Assembly: GCA_016873195.1 (NCBI GenBank)
Contig: VGXW01000003.1
Span: 1-52,937, forward strand
From: Planctomycetota bacterium
GTDB taxonomy: Bacteria; Planctomycetota; UBA1135; UBA2386
Direction: 5' to 3'
Length of the DNA stretch: 52,937 bases
The number at the start of each line of letters is the position of its first letter. Position 1 is the first letter of the stretch. Position numbers and translations under genes: made by a program. Of the stretch, positions 30,844 to 40,882 are shown one piece after another. The notes under the pieces are model-generated. The model was not told the origin of the DNA and searched no databases. It saw only the letters and a list, made by a program, of their open reading frames with translations.

Positions 30844-31524
30844 ATGAGTCACCTGATGACGACATCTCCCAGAGTCCCGGTCCTTCGCGCGGGCGACACG
30901 CTGACGCGCGACGAGTTCGAACGGCGCTACGCGGCGATGCCGGACCAGAAGAAGGCCGAACTCATCGCGGGAGTGGTCTACATGCCGTCGCCCGTCCGCT
31001 TCACGCAGCATGGCCTGCCGCATCGGTTGCTCGCAGCCTGGCTCACCGACTACGTGCGCGGGACCCCGGGCACGCAGTGCTGCATCGATGCGTCGGTGCG
31101 CCTCGCCCCGCGCGACGAGCCGCAGCCGGACCTCGCGCTGTTCCTGCTGCCGCCGCACGGCGCCGTGCGCGTCGGCGCCGACGGTTTCCTCGTGGGGCCG
31201 CCCGAACTCGCCGTCGAGGTCGCCGCGAGTTCCGTGAGCTACGACCTGCACCAGAAGCTGGCCGCCTACGAAGCGGCCGGCGTGCGCGAGTACCACGTGC
31301 TGCGCGCCGAGGACGCGGAGGTCGACTGGTTCGTGCTGCGCGGCGGCGCCTACGCACGGCTCGCGCCGGACGGCGAGGGCGTGCTGCGCAGCGAGGCGTT
31401 CCCCGGACTGTGGCTCGACGTGCCCGCCTTGCTGCGCAACGAGGACCCGGGCCTCGCGGCGGCGGCCCGGGCCGGCCTGCAGTCGCCCGGGCACGCTGCG
31501 TTCCGCGCGCGGCTCGGCGGCTGA
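30844..31524 (+). CDS. Uma2 family endonuclease-like protein
   Basis: LTRDEFERRYAAMP..KKAELIAGVVYMPSP, EPQPD, PELAVEVAASS, FPGLWLD. Confidence 0.9.
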   Translation: MSHLMTTSPRVPVLRAGDTLTRDEFERRYAAMPDQKKAELIAGVVYMPSPVRFTQHGLPHRLLAAWLTDYVRGTPGTQCCIDASVRLAPRDEPQPDLALFLLPPHGAVRVGADGFLVGPPELAVEVAASSVSYDLHQKLAAYEAAGVREYHVLRAEDAEVDWFVLRGGAYARLAPDGEGVLRSEAFPGLWLDVPALLRNEDPGLAAAARAGLQSPGHAAFRARLGG

Positions 31525-31537
31525 CCCCGCGCGCAGG

Positions 31538-32317
31538 TCACCGCGCGGGGAGCGGCCCGCACCGCCACGGGGCCGAGGCGTCAGCGCGCTCGGCGACTTC
31601 GCCGGGCTGCAGCCGCGCGCCGAGTTCGCGCAGCGACGGGTCGACTTCGACGAGGCGCCCGATGCCGACCACGCGCAGGTCGGAGCGGTGCGAGCGCCCA
31701 CAGAGGAACGACCATTCGCCGCGCTCGTCGTGCACGACACAGAGCACCGGATGCGTGCCCCCGAGCACGTGCGAGCACACGAAACCGCGCCCGTGCGCCT
31801 GCTCGGTGAACGGATCGTGCGCACCCTGCAATCCGAGCCAGCCCGCGGCGCGGTGCCGATCGACGCCCGCGCGGCACTCGTGCACGAACGGATGGTCCGG
31901 CGCGCCCTCGAAGCGGACCTCGGGCCTTGTCTCGGGTCCGGTGAGCCGCACGGCGAGCGGCAGGCCCTGGGTCTCGGGGTAGCCGGGGATCGAGTTCGCG
32001 AGCCGGCCCGCGAACGGGGCCTCGCGACCCTGCTCCGCCGCGTCCCAGAGTTCGCGGATGCGCGCGAAGACGGCCGCATCGACCTCGGCCCAGACGCCCC
32101 AGTGCAGGCCGCCCGGTTGCCCGCCGACGGCGACCGGCAAGGTGCAGCGCACGAACCAGCGCGGCTCCTCGTCCGGCAGCGCGATGCGGCACAGGTCGTC
32201 GGTCGCCTGCGCGAACGCCTTCTGCCGTGCTGGCCCGAGCCTGACGAACGGGTCCGGCCGCGCGAACGTGGGGTCGAGCAGTTCGTGCTGGGCCCCACAG
32301 CGTGGGCAGTTCGCCAT
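31538..32317 (-). CDS. DUF2199-like protein with extra C-terminal domain
   Basis: CPRCGAQH, DDLCRI, WFVRCTL, WGVWAEV, GRLANSIPGY; C-terminal VCSHV...VVHDERGEWSFLCG. Confidence 0.75.
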   Translation of the reverse strand: MANCPRCGAQHELLDPTFARPDPFVRLGPARQKAFAQATDDLCRIALPDEEPRWFVRCTLPVAVGGQPGGLHWGVWAEVDAAVFARIRELWDAAEQGREAPFAGRLANSIPGYPETQGLPLAVRLTGPETRPEVRFEGAPDHPFVHECRAGVDRHRAAGWLGLQGAHDPFTEQAHGRGFVCSHVLGGTHPVLCVVHDERGEWSFLCGRSHRSDLRVVGIGRLVEVDPSLRELGARLQPGEVAERADASAPWRCGPLPAR

Positions 32318-32470
32318 GCCCGGCATCGTGCCACTTCGTTGCCTTCCCTGCTGCGTCCAGGCCAAGGAACGGCCACGCTACGTAGAACTCCGCATCCAGA
32401 GGAGCCATCGGCTGGCCGATTCGACGGCCGGCCCCGTCCCTGTCACGGGGCCGGAACCCCGGAGGTGCGG

Positions 32471-32992
32471 ATGGTGGTGGTGATGCAGGAACTCGACCTC
32501 GCGCGCGCGTGCGAAGTGCTGACCGAAGCGCTGCGCGCCTACGTGCGGGCCACGCCGGGCACGCTGCTCAGCATCGACCGCCTCGATCCGCAGTTGGCCG
32601 CGCAGGCCGCAGTCGAGATCCCAGACCTGCTGCTGCACGTCGTGGGTCCGTCGCGCGACAGCGAAACGCCGCTGCAGTTCGTCGCCGAGGTCGCCGCGAT
32701 GCCGCTCGGGCGCGCGACCGAGGCGACGCTGCGCCACTACGCGCACCTCGGCGTCGGCGAGTTCCTGCACCTCGGCGGTGGGCCGGCGGGCGCCGAGTGG
32801 TTCGTGCTGCGACACCACCGCGACGGGCGCCGCGAACTGCCGGCCGATGGGGTCCTGCACAGCGAGGAGTTCCCGGGCCTCTGGATCGACGTGCCAGCGC
32901 TGCTGCGCGCGGACGGTGTGGCGCTGCAGGCGGCCGTGCACGCGGGCGTCGCCACGGCCGACCACGCAGCGTTCTGCCGTCGCCTCCACTGA
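32471..32992 (+). CDS. Degenerate Uma2 paralog, possibly a pseudogene
   Basis: YVRATPGT, IPDL, FVAEVAA, EWFVLR, DGVLHSEEFPGLWIDVPALL, HAAF are collinear with 30844-31524; N-terminal motif is missing. Confidence 0.65.
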   Translation: MVVVMQELDLARACEVLTEALRAYVRATPGTLLSIDRLDPQLAAQAAVEIPDLLLHVVGPSRDSETPLQFVAEVAAMPLGRATEATLRHYAHLGVGEFLHLGGGPAGAEWFVLRHHRDGRRELPADGVLHSEEFPGLWIDVPALLRADGVALQAAVHAGVATADHAAFCRRLH

Positions 32993-33013
32993 CCTGCCCC
33001 GAGGTGCGCGCGC

Positions 33014-34696
33014 TCAGCGCAGCCGGCCGAGCAGTTCCTGCGCCTGCAGGTTGCCGGGATCGCACCGCAGCGCCTGTTGCAGGCTCGCACGCGCGGCGGG
33101 GCCCTGACCGGTCGCGGCCTGCAGGCGGCCGAGGTTGAACCACGCCTCGGCGTGGTCCGGATCGAGCTCGAGCGCCCGGCGGAACGCGCGCTCGGCGGCC
33201 GCGGTGCGCTGTGCCACGGCGTTGCCGACGCCGAGTCCGGTCCACGCGGCCGGGCGCGAGGGGTCGGCGTCGACCGCGGCCTGGAACGCGTCGACCAGCG
33301 CCTGCACGCCGCGCGCCTGCAGTTCGGACGGGTCGAGCATGAGGCACCAGGCCGTGCCCAGCTTCGCTGCCGGCAGCGCCGCGTGGCCGGCGCCCAGCCG
33401 TTCGGCGAAGGTCGCCGCGAGGCCGTAGGCGCGCTTCGCTTCGTCGAGCGCCTGGCGGCCCTGGACCTGGGCGCGCGCCAGCGCGAGGTCGCCGGCCATC
33501 ACGTAGAGCCGCGGTTCCTCGGGCGCCCAGCGCAGGCCGTGGTCGACGAGGTGCTGCTGGTCGCGCCAGACGGAGGTCTGCACGAAGGCGAGCGCCGCGG
33601 TGACCGCGGCGAGCAGCGGCAGGAGCCAGCGCCGGCCCGGCCGTTCGCTCCAGTGCGCGACGAAGAGCGCGAGGCCGAAGGCGGACAGGTAGAGGTAGCG
33701 GTCGCCGACCGGGTGCGCGCCGGCCGTGCGGAACCCGACGAGCGTCGGCAGCAGCGGCGCGAGCACCAGCAGCACGGCGAGCCGCACGACCGGCCCGGAA
33801 CGCCGCGGTGCCAGCGCGCTGGCCGCGGCGAGCCCGACGGCGAGCGCGATCACGAGCAGGGCCGGCCCGACGCCCTGGTGGTCGTCGAAGCTGCGGAACG
33901 GCGTCAGCGGGAACGGCACGGCGAGCAGCTGCAGGTGCCGCAGCAGCAGCTCCGGGGGCGCGCTCGCGAGCCGCAGCGCATCGAGCGGCTGCGCCGGCGT
34001 GCGCAGGAACCCGGCCGTGAGCTCGCCGAACACGAGCGCGCGCAGCAGCCACCACGAGAGCAGCGCGAGCGACAGCGAGAGCAGCGCGCGCCGCAGCGAC
34101 GGGCGCGGCGGCCGATCGCCGGGGACGCAGGCGAACGCACCGAGCGCGAGCAGCACCGCGACGGCGCCGTTCTCCTTGGCGAGCATCGCGAACAGGCACC
34201 ACGCGGCCGCAGCCCACGGCGCGCCGCGGGCGGTTCGATCGCGCCACCGCACGATCGCGCGCATCGCCTGCAGCGCGCCCATCGCCCACAGCGGGTCGTT
34301 GATCGCGGCGCACCACGCGAGGCTCTCGACCTGCACGGGATGCACCGCGAACAAGAGCGCCGCCCAGAACGCCGTGCGTTCGCTGCCGGTCGCCGTGCGG
34401 GCGAGGCCGAGCACGGCGAGCGTGTTCGCGCCGTGCAGCAGCAGCGCCAGCGCGTGGATGCCGGCAGCGCCGCCCAGGTGGTGGCCCAGTGCCAGCGCGA
34501 GCGAGGTCAGCGGCCGCCAGTAGGGAAGGTCGTCGCCGAACAGCGGGGCGCCGAGCAGGGCCGGCAGGTCGAAGTGCAGCACCGCGGGCGAGCGCAGCAC
34601 GAGTTGCTGGTCGTCGTAGACGTAGGCGCCGCCGAGCACCGGCCAGAACACGGCCACGATCGCGAGCAGCAGCAGCGGGGCCGGGCGCCGTGGCAT
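33014..34696 (-). CDS. Multi-pass membrane protein with TPR repeats (TMTC-like GT-C glycosyltransferase)
   Basis: YVYDD, YWRPLT, LFAVHPVQVESLAW, LAKE, DRYLYL, C-terminal TPRs. Confidence 0.82.
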   Translation of the reverse strand: MPRRPAPLLLLAIVAVFWPVLGGAYVYDDQQLVLRSPAVLHFDLPALLGAPLFGDDLPYWRPLTSLALALGHHLGGAAGIHALALLLHGANTLAVLGLARTATGSERTAFWAALLFAVHPVQVESLAWCAAINDPLWAMGALQAMRAIVRWRDRTARGAPWAAAAWCLFAMLAKENGAVAVLLALGAFACVPGDRPPRPSLRRALLSLSLALLSWWLLRALVFGELTAGFLRTPAQPLDALRLASAPPELLLRHLQLLAVPFPLTPFRSFDDHQGVGPALLVIALAVGLAAASALAPRRSGPVVRLAVLLVLAPLLPTLVGFRTAGAHPVGDRYLYLSAFGLALFVAHWSERPGRRWLLPLLAAVTAALAFVQTSVWRDQQHLVDHGLRWAPEEPRLYVMAGDLALARAQVQGRQALDEAKRAYGLAATFAERLGAGHAALPAAKLGTAWCLMLDPSELQARGVQALVDAFQAAVDADPSRPAAWTGLGVGNAVAQRTAAAERAFRRALELDPDHAEAWFNLGRLQAATGQGPAARASLQQALRCDPGNLQAQELLGRLR

Positions 34697-34756
34697 GCGC
34701 GGAACGGTAGCGCGGGTCCGTGCCGCGCGCCGCTGCGCCAGCACCCGAGGCACGCG

Positions 34757-36037
34757 TCAGAGTCCGATCCGGTGCGCCACTGCGTCCGAGACCGACACGC
34801 CGGCCGCACCGAAGTGCGTCCACTGGCAGTGCAGCACGGTGCCGAGGAACCCCGGCCCCGGCGGCACGGCGACGGCCTGGCTCGCGAAGCCGGTGGCGCC
34901 CAGCAGGCGCAGCACGGTCGCGCCGGGGAACACCGACAGCGCGCAGCCGCCCGGCAGCGGGTACGGCAGCATGCCCGCGGCGAAGTCCGTGAGACCGACC
35001 ACGAGCACGGCGTGGTCGTTGGCCGGTCCTTGCACGGTGATCACGAACGTGCTGCCCGGCTGCTGCAGGCCGCTCCAACCCTGGCGCAGCGCCGGCGCCC
35101 CGCACGCGGGCGCGTGCCGCAGGCCCACTGCGGCCCGTTCGAGTCCGGTCGCGAAGTCGACGGGGTCGCCGGGCAGCGCCGCCGACAGCAGGGTCACCGA
35201 GCCCGACCACGCTTCGAGCGTGTAGAGGAACGGGAACGAAACACCGCCGAGCACCACCGGGGTGAAGCCGTAGGCGCCGAGCGGGTGCATCGCGGTGGCG
35301 CCGCCCGCGGGGATCGGCTGGCTCGGGGTCACGGGCACCGGCGGTCCGATCATGCCCGCGAAGGTGACGAACGTGCCGTCGGCGAAGCTCAGCAACTGCC
35401 GCGGCACGCCGGTCGGCAGGTCGATCGCGCCCGTCAGGAGCAGCCCGCCCGGGTTCGGAAAGGTGTTCGGGCCGAGGTGGGCCGTGCCGGTCGCCACGTC
35501 GACGAGCACGGTGCCGGAGTCGGGTGCCGCGCTGCCCGGACGGCCGGTCCACGCGAGCAACGCGTAGCTGTCGCCGGGGCCGAAGCCGTGCAGCGCGGTG
35601 AGGTTCGGCTGGGCCACGGCCAGCGCCGGCACGCCGCCGCGGCGCGGCACGCGGTAGAGCCCGAGGCCCGGCGCGTCGACGGCCGCGAGCAGGTCGTCCT
35701 GCTGCACGCACAGCGACTTGACCGGCCCGGGCAGGTCCGCGACGAGGAACTCCGCGAAGCCGGCACCCGCGGATTCGAGGCGTACGATGCGCGACAGGGC
35801 CGGGCCGAGATCGAGTGCGACGATCGGCGCGCCGTCGTAGGGGTCGATCGCGACGGCCCGCGGCGGCAGCGTGTCCGACGGGAACCGGCCGAGCGCCGTC
35901 GGCACGCCGGTCGCTGCGTCGACTGCGACGAGCTGTGCTGCGGGCGAGCCGGGCAGCTGCGTGAGCACGAGGTGCGGGTAGGTCGGGACCTGGGCGCCGA
36001 GCGAAGCGCCCAGCACGGCGATGGCGAGCCGCTTCAT
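34757..36037 (-). CDS. Secreted hypothetical protein with shared C-terminal domain
   Basis: Signal peptide MKRLAIAVLGASLGA-Q; C-terminus LPGGC...VPPGPGFLGTVLHCQW...SDAVAHRIG. Confidence 0.78.
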   Translation of the reverse strand: MKRLAIAVLGASLGAQVPTYPHLVLTQLPGSPAAQLVAVDAATGVPTALGRFPSDTLPPRAVAIDPYDGAPIVALDLGPALSRIVRLESAGAGFAEFLVADLPGPVKSLCVQQDDLLAAVDAPGLGLYRVPRRGGVPALAVAQPNLTALHGFGPGDSYALLAWTGRPGSAAPDSGTVLVDVATGTAHLGPNTFPNPGGLLLTGAIDLPTGVPRQLLSFADGTFVTFAGMIGPPVPVTPSQPIPAGGATAMHPLGAYGFTPVVLGGVSFPFLYTLEAWSGSVTLLSAALPGDPVDFATGLERAAVGLRHAPACGAPALRQGWSGLQQPGSTFVITVQGPANDHAVLVVGLTDFAAGMLPYPLPGGCALSVFPGATVLRLLGATGFASQAVAVPPGPGFLGTVLHCQWTHFGAAGVSVSDAVAHRIGL

Positions 36038-36202
36038 GCCGAGAGCATACAGGCGGGGGCCACGGGCGAACGGCGTGGGCCAGGTGTGGCGGCTCGTTCG
36101 GGGTAGCGCGCGGCGCAGCTGCCCACGGCCCCGAGGCAGACGGAATTCCGCGTCCGTCATCCCCCCCTTCCGCCACTCCGCAGGCGAGGCCAAGATGCTG
36201 CG

Positions 36203-36817
36203 GTGTCCACGTCGGATCCCGAGTTCCTGGCCAGATGGGAACAGCTCGGGAGGTTCTTCATGGGCACTTCGGACGTGCACGTGGCGCTCGATCGCGTCAC
36301 GCGGAAGTTGGACGAACTCGGCATCGCCTACGCGATCTGCGGTGGGCTTGCCGTCAACGCGCACGGGCATCCGCGGGCGACGACGGACGTCGACGTGCTG
36401 CTCACGGCGGAGGGGTTGGCGAAGTTCAAGGCGAACGCGCTCGGGCTCGGTTGGCTCGAGAAGTTCCCGGGCAGCCGCGGGGTCAGGGACGCGGAGCGCA
36501 GGGTGCCGATCGACATCCTGCTCTGCGGCGGGATCCCGGGCGATGGCACGCCGCACGGCGTGGTCTTCCCCGATCCGACGGCGGTCGCGATCGAGAAGGA
36601 AGGCAAGCGCTACCTCGCGCTCGGCACGCTGATCGAACTGAAGCTCGCCAGCGGCCTGTCGTCGCCGGCGCGGTTGCAGGATCACGCGGACGTCCTGGCG
36701 CTGATCCGCGTCAACCGGCTCGGGGAGCAGTTCGCCGAGGGATTGCACCCGTACGTGCGCGCCAGGTACCGGGAGCTCTGGGCGCACGCGCAGGAGCCCG
36801 ACGGACTGCCGGAGTGA
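36203..36817 (+). CDS. Nucleotidyltransferase family protein
   Basis: YAICGGLAVNAHGHPRATTDVDVLL, LIELKLASG...RLQDHADV. Confidence 0.82.
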   Translation: MSTSDPEFLARWEQLGRFFMGTSDVHVALDRVTRKLDELGIAYAICGGLAVNAHGHPRATTDVDVLLTAEGLAKFKANALGLGWLEKFPGSRGVRDAERRVPIDILLCGGIPGDGTPHGVVFPDPTAVAIEKEGKRYLALGTLIELKLASGLSSPARLQDHADVLALIRVNRLGEQFAEGLHPYVRARYRELWAHAQEPDGLPE

Positions 36818-36879
36818 CGGCGCCGCGGACGGGGCGCCGCGACGCGGCCCGCGTCGCGGCCTTGCCGTAGCATGCCGCG

Positions 36880-39405
36880 ATGATCGAGCCGGTCGTGGCG
36901 GCGCGTCGTGCGGGTCGGCTGTTCGCGTGCGGCTGCGTGCTCGCTGCCGCCCCGGCGCAGGAACCGCCCGCGGCCCGCGCCGCAGACGGCATCACGGTGC
37001 ACCTCGACCGGGTCACGCACTCGCTGAGCCCGCACCTCTACGGCATCTTCTTCGAGGAGATCAACCACGGTGGCGAGGGCGGGCTGCTGGCGCAGTTGCT
37101 GCGCAACCCGACGTTCGAGGAGCCGGGCAGCGAGCAGGATCCGCTGCCGGGGTGGACCTTGACGACGGTCGATCGCGAAGCGCGCGACCCCGGCCGCCCG
37201 CGGCCCGCGCCGCGCGAGTCCCCGAACGCGGTACTGACGGCGACCTCGGACGCGCCGGCGAACCTCGCGACGCCGCGGCACGCCTGCGTCGAGGCCGCGG
37301 GATCCGCCTGGCTCACCAACCGCGGCCACTTCGGCGTGCCGATCCGCGCGGGCGAAGAGTACGTGCTGTCGGCCAGCGTGCGGCAGACCAGGGGGGAACC
37401 GCTCCTGGTGGACTTCGGGTTCGACGTGCTCGATCGCGACGGCGTATCCGTGCTGCGGGCCGGCGAACTGTGGGCAGCGATGCAACTCGACACGAAGTGG
37501 CGCGAAGTGACGCTGGCCGCGGTCGCCACCGGCACGGTCGCCGACGGCGAACTGCGCATCGCGCTGCGGGGCCCCGCGACGTTCCACATCGACACCGTGA
37601 CCCTGCGCCCCGCGAAGACCTGGAAGGGCCACGGCCTGCGTCCCGACCTGTGCGAACTGTTCGCGGCGCTGAAGCCCGCGTTCGTGCGCTTCCCCGGCGG
37701 TTGTTACGTCGAGGGCGGTGACCGGCTCGCGGACGCGTTCCGCTGGCCGCGCACGCTCGGCCCGCTCGCCGATCGCCCCGGCCACCAGAACGCGAACTGG
37801 GGCTACCCCACGACGACGGGGCTCGGCTTCCACGAGTACCTGCAGCTCTGCGAGGACCTCGGCGCGCTGCCGATGTACGTCGCGAACTGCGGCCTGTCCC
37901 ACCGGGAGATCGTGCCGATGGCCGAGCTGCAGCCGTGGATCGACGAGGCGCTCGCGGCGATCGAGTATGCGAACGGCGACGCGCAGACCACGAAGTGGGG
38001 TGCCCTGCGCGCGGCGGCCGGGCACCCCGAGCCGTTCGGCCTGCGCTACCTCGAGATCGGCAACGAGAACGGCATGTTCGGCGACTTCGGCGGCAGCAAG
38101 TTGGCCTACACGGAACGCTACGAGGCGTTCCGCCGGGCGATCGCCGCGAAGTACCCGGACGTGATCACGATCGCGAACGTGCGCGTCGACGCGCCGATGC
38201 AGGTCGTCGACGACCACTTCTACCAGTCGAGCGGCTGGTTCTGGGAGAACGCCGACCGCTACGCGCGCCCGGCTCCGGGCGATCCGCAGATCTATGTCGG
38301 CGAGTACGCGGTGACGTGGAACCCCGGCAAGACCGGCAACCTGCGCGGAGCACTCGGCGAGGCCGCGTTCCTGCTCGGGCTGCAGCGAGCGGGGGCGCAC
38401 GTGGTGATGGCGTCCTACGCGCCGCTGTTCGTGCACGTGCGCGACCGCAAGTGGAACCCGGACCTGATCCAGTTCGACGGCCTCCGCGCGTGCGGCACGC
38501 CGAGCTACCACGTGCAGGCGGTGCTGGCGCAGAACCGGCCGCTGCAGAACCTCGCGTGCGAGTGGCCGCGCCTGGGCGCGGGTCCGGGGCGGGGTTCGGT
38601 CGGGCTCGGCACGTGGAACACGCAGGCGGAGTTCCAGGATGTCGAGGTCGAGGTCGACGGAAGGGTCGTCTACCGGTCCGACTTCGGCAAGGGCAGCGAA
38701 GGCTGGAAGGTCGAAGCGGGGACCTGGGCCGCGATCGACGGTGCGTGGCGGCAGAGCGAAGGCGGCGACGGGCGCTTCTGCTGGCTCGACCTGCCGGACC
38801 TGCGCGGGGTCACCGACTGCGTGGTGCGCTGCAAGGCGAAGAAGCTCGGCGGCGCGGAGGGGTTCCTGGTGATGTTCCACACGGCGGGCGCCGCCGACTG
38901 GACGTGGTGGAACGTCGGCGGATGGGGCAACCGAGAGAACGCGATCGAGCGGAGCCACGAAGGCAGCAAGTTCGGCATCGGGCCGCACGCGCCGGGCAGC
39001 GTCGAGACGGGGCGGTGGTACGACCTGCGCATCGAGTGCCGCGCGGGGCGCGTGCGCACGTTCCTGGACGGCGTGCCGGTGCACGACGTCCTGGACCAGG
39101 GGCCGCCGGACCTGGCGGCGGCGGCGGGGTTCGGCGACCAGGGCGCGATCGTGATCGAGGTCGTCAACGGCAGCGACGCGGCGCGCACGCTGCCTTTGCG
39201 GTTCGTCGGCGGCGCCGATGGCATCACGCGCGCGGTGACGATCACCGAGCTCACGGGGCCGAGCCTCGACGCCGAGAACACGCTCGACGCGCCGGCGGTG
39301 GTGGCGCCGAAGGTCGCGCGGCGCGAGGTGCACGGCAACCTGTTCGAGCACACGTTCGCGGGGAGGTCGCTGACGGTGCTGCGGCTCTTGCCGGTGTTGA
39401 AGTAG
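36880..39405 (+). CDS. Secreted GH51 alpha-L-arabinofuranosidase with an inserted beta-sandwich domain
   Basis: YGIFFEEINHGGEGGL, RFPGGC, GLGFHEY, EIGNEN (acid/base), VGEYA (nucleophile), MASYAPLF, WNPDLI. Confidence 0.92.
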   Translation: MIEPVVAARRAGRLFACGCVLAAAPAQEPPAARAADGITVHLDRVTHSLSPHLYGIFFEEINHGGEGGLLAQLLRNPTFEEPGSEQDPLPGWTLTTVDREARDPGRPRPAPRESPNAVLTATSDAPANLATPRHACVEAAGSAWLTNRGHFGVPIRAGEEYVLSASVRQTRGEPLLVDFGFDVLDRDGVSVLRAGELWAAMQLDTKWREVTLAAVATGTVADGELRIALRGPATFHIDTVTLRPAKTWKGHGLRPDLCELFAALKPAFVRFPGGCYVEGGDRLADAFRWPRTLGPLADRPGHQNANWGYPTTTGLGFHEYLQLCEDLGALPMYVANCGLSHREIVPMAELQPWIDEALAAIEYANGDAQTTKWGALRAAAGHPEPFGLRYLEIGNENGMFGDFGGSKLAYTERYEAFRRAIAAKYPDVITIANVRVDAPMQVVDDHFYQSSGWFWENADRYARPAPGDPQIYVGEYAVTWNPGKTGNLRGALGEAAFLLGLQRAGAHVVMASYAPLFVHVRDRKWNPDLIQFDGLRACGTPSYHVQAVLAQNRPLQNLACEWPRLGAGPGRGSVGLGTWNTQAEFQDVEVEVDGRVVYRSDFGKGSEGWKVEAGTWAAIDGAWRQSEGGDGRFCWLDLPDLRGVTDCVVRCKAKKLGGAEGFLVMFHTAGAADWTWWNVGGWGNRENAIERSHEGSKFGIGPHAPGSVETGRWYDLRIECRAGRVRTFLDGVPVHDVLDQGPPDLAAAAGFGDQGAIVIEVVNGSDAARTLPLRFVGGADGITRAVTITELTGPSLDAENTLDAPAVVAPKVARREVHGNLFEHTFAGRSLTVLRLLPVLK

Positions 39406-39490
39406 TGCTGGCGGCAGCCGTGGCAGGTCCTGCGCGGTGCAGCCGGCGCAGCCGGCTCGCCCCGTTCCCGTCGTTGCTTGCGTGGCCTCG

Positions 39491-40840
39491 CTACTCGCGC
39501 CGGAAGAACCACTCGCGGGCCGGCACGATGCGGATCGGGCCGGCGTCCACCGCGAGCTGCCCTTCCTCGGCCAGCGTGACGATCGTGCCCGAACTGGCGC
39601 CGACCTCCGCCATCGCCTCGCCCAGCGCCGCGACCTCGCGCTGCCGCGTCGCCGGATCGTCGAGACGAGCGCAGGCCTGGACGAGTTCGGGCGGCCCGCC
39701 GCGCACGGGGTCGTCGACCGCGAAGTCGACCTCGCTGCCCGACGCGGTCTTGAACCACGTGATCACGGATTCGGACAGGCGGCCGTAGCGCCGCCGCAGT
39801 TCGAGGTAGACGGCGTTCTCGAGTTGGGCCCCGAGGTTCACCGCCCCGGCGCGGTACATCGCCGCCGCCAGCCCCGGATCGACGGCGTAGACCTTGCGCG
39901 GATTCACGGCGCGCTGGCGTGCCGATCGCGTGCGCAGCGGAACGAGGAAGAACAGGTAGGCATCGACGAGGTGCGACAGGTAGGCCAGCAGCGTCGCCTT
40001 GCTCGACGGCAGGCCCTGGCTCTGCAGGGCTCCCTGCAGCCGGCTCACGCTGAAGCCGTTGGCATTGGCGGCGAACAGGGCCGCGACCAGATGGCGCAGC
40101 GCCGGCAGGTTCGTCGCCGAGTGCCGCTCCGCGACGTCGCGCAGCACGACCAGGTCCACGTATTCCTGGAGCATCTGGACACGGTCGTAGGGATTCGCCG
40201 CGCGCACGGCGGGGAACCCACCCTGCCGCAGGTAGTCGAGCACGAAAGCGTCGAGCCGCGAGCGCCGCACGGCGCCGGGAGGCCACGGACCAGACGCCCA
40301 GTCGAGGCCGTCCGCGCGCGCCGCCTCGCGGGGGCCGTAGGGGAGCACTTCGACGGTCACGCTGCGGCCGCGGAAGGCGGTCGCCACCTCGGTCGAGAGT
40401 TGCCGGGCCGAGGAGCCCGTGACGAAGAGCCGCGCGCGTTCGGTGTCGAGGATCCGCCGCGCGAAGCGTTCCCACCCGGAGACCGCCTGGACCTCGTCGA
40501 GGAACACCCACGCCGTGTCCGACCGGGCATCCGGGTCGCGGCGGTAGAACGTCTCGAGCGCGCGATCGAGCGTGCCGAGGTCGGCGCCGTCCAGGCGGTC
40601 GTCCTCGAGGTTCAGGTAGAGGATTCGCGACCGGGGCACGCCGCGCGCGAGCAGGGCGCGGATCTCGGCATACAGGCAGTAGGTCTTCCCGCTGCGGCGC
40701 ATTCCGACCAGAGCGTTGGCGCTGCCGGGCACCTCGGGCAGGCGGACCTCGCGCGGGACGACCTCCGGGAGGGGGCGTTCGTGCTGGTCGGCGATCACCC
40801 GCTCGATCAGGGCGGTGTCCGGTGCTCTGGGTGGATCCAT
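39491..40840 (-). CDS. AAA_14 ATPase with C-terminal DUF4143 domain
   Basis: GMRRSGKT, FLDEVQ, VTGSS, GGFP, KVYAVDPGL, ENAVY, EVDF. Confidence 0.9.
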   Translation of the reverse strand: MDPPRAPDTALIERVIADQHERPLPEVVPREVRLPEVPGSANALVGMRRSGKTYCLYAEIRALLARGVPRSRILYLNLEDDRLDGADLGTLDRALETFYRRDPDARSDTAWVFLDEVQAVSGWERFARRILDTERARLFVTGSSARQLSTEVATAFRGRSVTVEVLPYGPREAARADGLDWASGPWPPGAVRRSRLDAFVLDYLRQGGFPAVRAANPYDRVQMLQEYVDLVVLRDVAERHSATNLPALRHLVAALFAANANGFSVSRLQGALQSQGLPSSKATLLAYLSHLVDAYLFFLVPLRTRSARQRAVNPRKVYAVDPGLAAAMYRAGAVNLGAQLENAVYLELRRRYGRLSESVITWFKTASGSEVDFAVDDPVRGGPPELVQACARLDDPATRQREVAALGEAMAEVGASSGTIVTLAEEGQLAVDAGPIRIVPAREWFFRRE

Positions 40841-40860
40841 ACAACCCATTATCGTCATAT

Positions 40861-40882
40861 TTGGTATTCCTGGTAATACCAA
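40861..40882. promoter_or_regulatory. Palindromic operator-like site in an AT-rich patch upstream of the AAA_14 gene
   Basis: TTGGTATT-cctggt-AATACCAA, a perfect 8-6-8 inverted repeat about 20 bp upstream of the inferred start. Confidence 0.55.
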
